From Eledone cirrhosa (taxonomy: Eukaryota): DNA of 64,000 nt. Below are positions 60,988 to 64,000 of the stretch, one piece after another. Position numbers and translations under genes: made by a program. The notes beneath the pieces are model-generated. The model did no database searches, was not told where the DNA came from, and was given only the letters and a program-made list of their open reading frames with translations. The stretch is from positions 3,782,001 through 3,846,000 of the forward strand of contig OZ024765.1 of assembly GCA_964016885.1 (NCBI GenBank). The letters are read 5' to 3'. Every line of letters begins with the position of its first letter. Position 1 is the stretch's first letter.

Positions 60988-61538
60988 GAAAGTATAGAAA
61001 TTATTGTGAGCGTGAAGCCAACAGTATTTCATAATATATAAGTGACTATAATGTCAAAATGGAAAATAGTTAACGTAAGATATGGGAAAATAATTCAAAC
61101 TCAATTAAAAAAAATCATATATATATATATATAAGGGATAACAAGTTATCATTATAGGTAGTCCAGTTAGGGGTTGTGAATGCTTCGTATTGTGGATAGT
61201 TTTAGCGTACGGCTTTGTTTGACTCAACAAGGGGTTTCCTTAGGTAGCGAGTTTATGAGTTCTCGGGAATTCCTATGTAAGTTAATCTTGGAGTAATAAT
61301 ATTGAAAGAGTGGGGAATAACATGGTCAGCTGTACAAGAAGGGTTTTATTTACAGTATTAACAATTGTTTCATTGATTAAGTTGTCTTAATACTTTAAAT
61401 AAAACCCTTCTTGTACTGTTGACCATGTTATTCTTCACTCTCACTATATATATGTATATATGTGTGTGTGTGTGTATGCATATTATATATATATATATAT
61501 ATATACATACATATATATACATATATATATATATATAC

Positions 61539-61569
<31 letters not shown>

Positions 61570-61771
61570 CATATATATACATGTGTATATATATATTTTT
61601 AAAAAAATATATATATATATATACACGTATATATAGATATATATATATATATCTCTTTTGAAGTCCTGGTCAACTTTATTTAGTTACCTACCTAGCTATG
61701 TGTGCTTACACACTTGTAAAAATTATCTCCTGTGATTATTCATGTTTATTTATATGTTAATCAATTTCTAG

Positions 61772-61825
<54 letters not shown>

Positions 61826-61853
61826 GTGTATATATATATATATATATATATAC

Positions 61854-61889
<36 letters not shown>

Positions 61890-61915
61890 GTGTATATATA
61901 TATATATATATATAC

Positions 61916-61967
<52 letters not shown>

Positions 61968-62143
61968 ATATATATATATATATATACATGTATATATATA
62001 TATATAACGAAGGAAATGTGGTAAGGAACCAGGTGGACCATAACGCACCAAAGTACTCAATACTTGAGGTAGTAGAGTGGGTAATAGGAACCAGTAAGAC
62101 CCCGACAGCTGAGCTCAAGCCGTTTCGACGGCTATATATATAT

Positions 62144-62174
<31 letters not shown>

Positions 62175-62177
62175 CAC

Positions 62178-62221
<44 letters not shown>

Positions 62222-62222
62222 G

Positions 62223-62253
<31 letters not shown>

Positions 62254-62643
62254 ATATATATGTGTGTGTGACTCCCGGGTTCAATCGGGGGTAACCACAG
62301 TAAATGAAGTACTCAATACATTAGTAGAATCTATACAAAATTTAATATAGAAATGCCTTCTAAGCCTGTATGATTTCTCACTCATGAAACAGTTCTAGTC
62401 CTGTAGAGGCCATTTCTATATTATATATTATAGTATATTATATATCACTGAGTTCAAATTCCTTACTGGGTGGATAAAATAAAGTACCAGTAATACACTG
62501 GGATAATTGCTGGCCTTGTGCCAAAAGTAGAAACAATTCTATATCATTTATTTATATTCAAACATGGAACCAAAGTGCTGCCTATTGTTCCAGGGCCCAA
62601 TATTGACAATATCTCCAGAACGGAAGAGGGGTCGATGTTGTGA

Positions 62644-62688
62644 CTATTCTGAAGATATGGTCAATGTTGGCCCTGAAACCTTAGATGG
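62644..62688 (+). ncRNA. Degenerate hammerhead motif in a diverged fold-back (62547-62717)
   Basis: ctatt CTGAAGA tat GGTCA atgt TGGCC ct GAAA cct TA gatgg. Confidence 0.4.
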
Positions 62689-62903
62689 CTCTTTTGTTCC
62701 GTGTCTGAACATGAATAATATAATATAATATAATATAATATAATATAATATAATATAATATAATATACCAGCTCTCTTCCCAATTAGGCACTGGTCTCCT
62801 TTTCCTTGTTCACACCTGCGTATATTGCTCCATACACACACGTATCATCATCATCATCATCATCACCGTTTTATGTCTGTTCTTCCATGCTAGCATGGGT
62901 TAG

Positions 62904-62938
<35 letters not shown>

Positions 62939-63123
62939 TATGTGAAAAGAGTCAGGAGCCTGACGGCTGAGCTCCGGCTGCTAGATACAAACTCTAGCTG
63001 TCGAGGTGACTGGAGCTCAACCGTCGGGGACCTGACTCTTTTCCTGTTACCCACTCCACTACCCAAAGTATCGAGTACTCTGGTGCGTTATGGTCCACCT
63101 GGTTCCTTACCACACTTCCTTTG

Positions 63124-63191
<68 letters not shown>

Positions 63192-63267
63192 GAGATGATA
63201 TATGTGTATATATATTTGTATACACACGCACACACATATATATATATACACACACATATATGTATAT

Positions 63268-63380
<113 letters not shown>

Positions 63381-64000
63381 CACACACACATATATATTTA
63401 TATACACACACATATAGACAGTATACATGTATGTACACACGTAAACTACATAGACACTGACTCATACAGAGAACATCTATTTGGAGAACGAAAAAAAAAA
63501 AAAAAGAAAAATGTCTCCATTGTCATTCTTGTACAGTTCCAGACTGTATTTTCTATCTTCTGTGGCCACTCCTTCCATACCCACCCATGCCCACCTCCAA
63601 TCAATAGTCCCCATTTTCCATCAGCCATTTTTCCCTAACACATCTCACTTCTATCAAGCCCCTATCCATCCAGCCCTCACCTACATAAACCCCACACCCT
63701 ACCATCACATGTTTCATTAATAAAAATTTGTTTAAAAAAACTAACCAATATTTGTGGCTTTATATCTTATCATCATCATCACTGTTTAAAGTCGATTTTC
63801 CACATTAGCATGGGTTAGACGAGTTGCCCATTGTGAGACAAGCCTGGTCCGACGATCAGGGCTGGTTTTGGCTTGGTTTCTACGGCTGGATGCTCTTCCT
63901 AACACCAACAACTTTACAGTGTGGACTGGGTGTTTTTTGTTGTGACACCTACATGACCACTTTACAATGTGGACTGGGTGCTTTTTGTTGTGTCACCTAC

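Overview
AT-rich, microsatellite-dense animal genomic DNA. The tandem C2H2-ZNF cluster, tRNA-derived SINEs and (TA)n density suggest a coleoid cephalopod, probably Octopus (inference). Genes: three tandem single-ORF C2H2 zinc-finger genes (+, 1-12.4 kb) followed by a decayed finger array; a 4-coding-exon mitochondrial acyl carrier protein NDUFAB1 (-, 30407-40370); two tRNA-Lys(CTT) genes; and an 8-coding-exon CPSF4/CPSF30 (+, 45425-57071) with two zinc knuckles and a 27-nt microexon. The rest is SINEs, LINE 3' ends (RTE, CR1/L2, CRE-like), a piggyBac transposase remnant with eight TTAA-flanked MITEs sharing its termini, and minisatellites, several born inside transposon sequence. The most interesting signal is a set of about ten type I hammerhead-ribozyme motifs, read by eye. 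Five share a (UA)n stem III, the four complete ones have an adjacent AATAAA, and two copies show a compensatory stem I change. They sit in (TA)n-flanked, often fold-back, non-coding elements, and some copies end at or next to the predicted cleavage site. This points to a Penelope-like/retrozyme-type self-cleaving element family that may target TA microsatellites. Most long ORFs in the supplied track are repeat artefacts. All calls were made by eye, without database searches.
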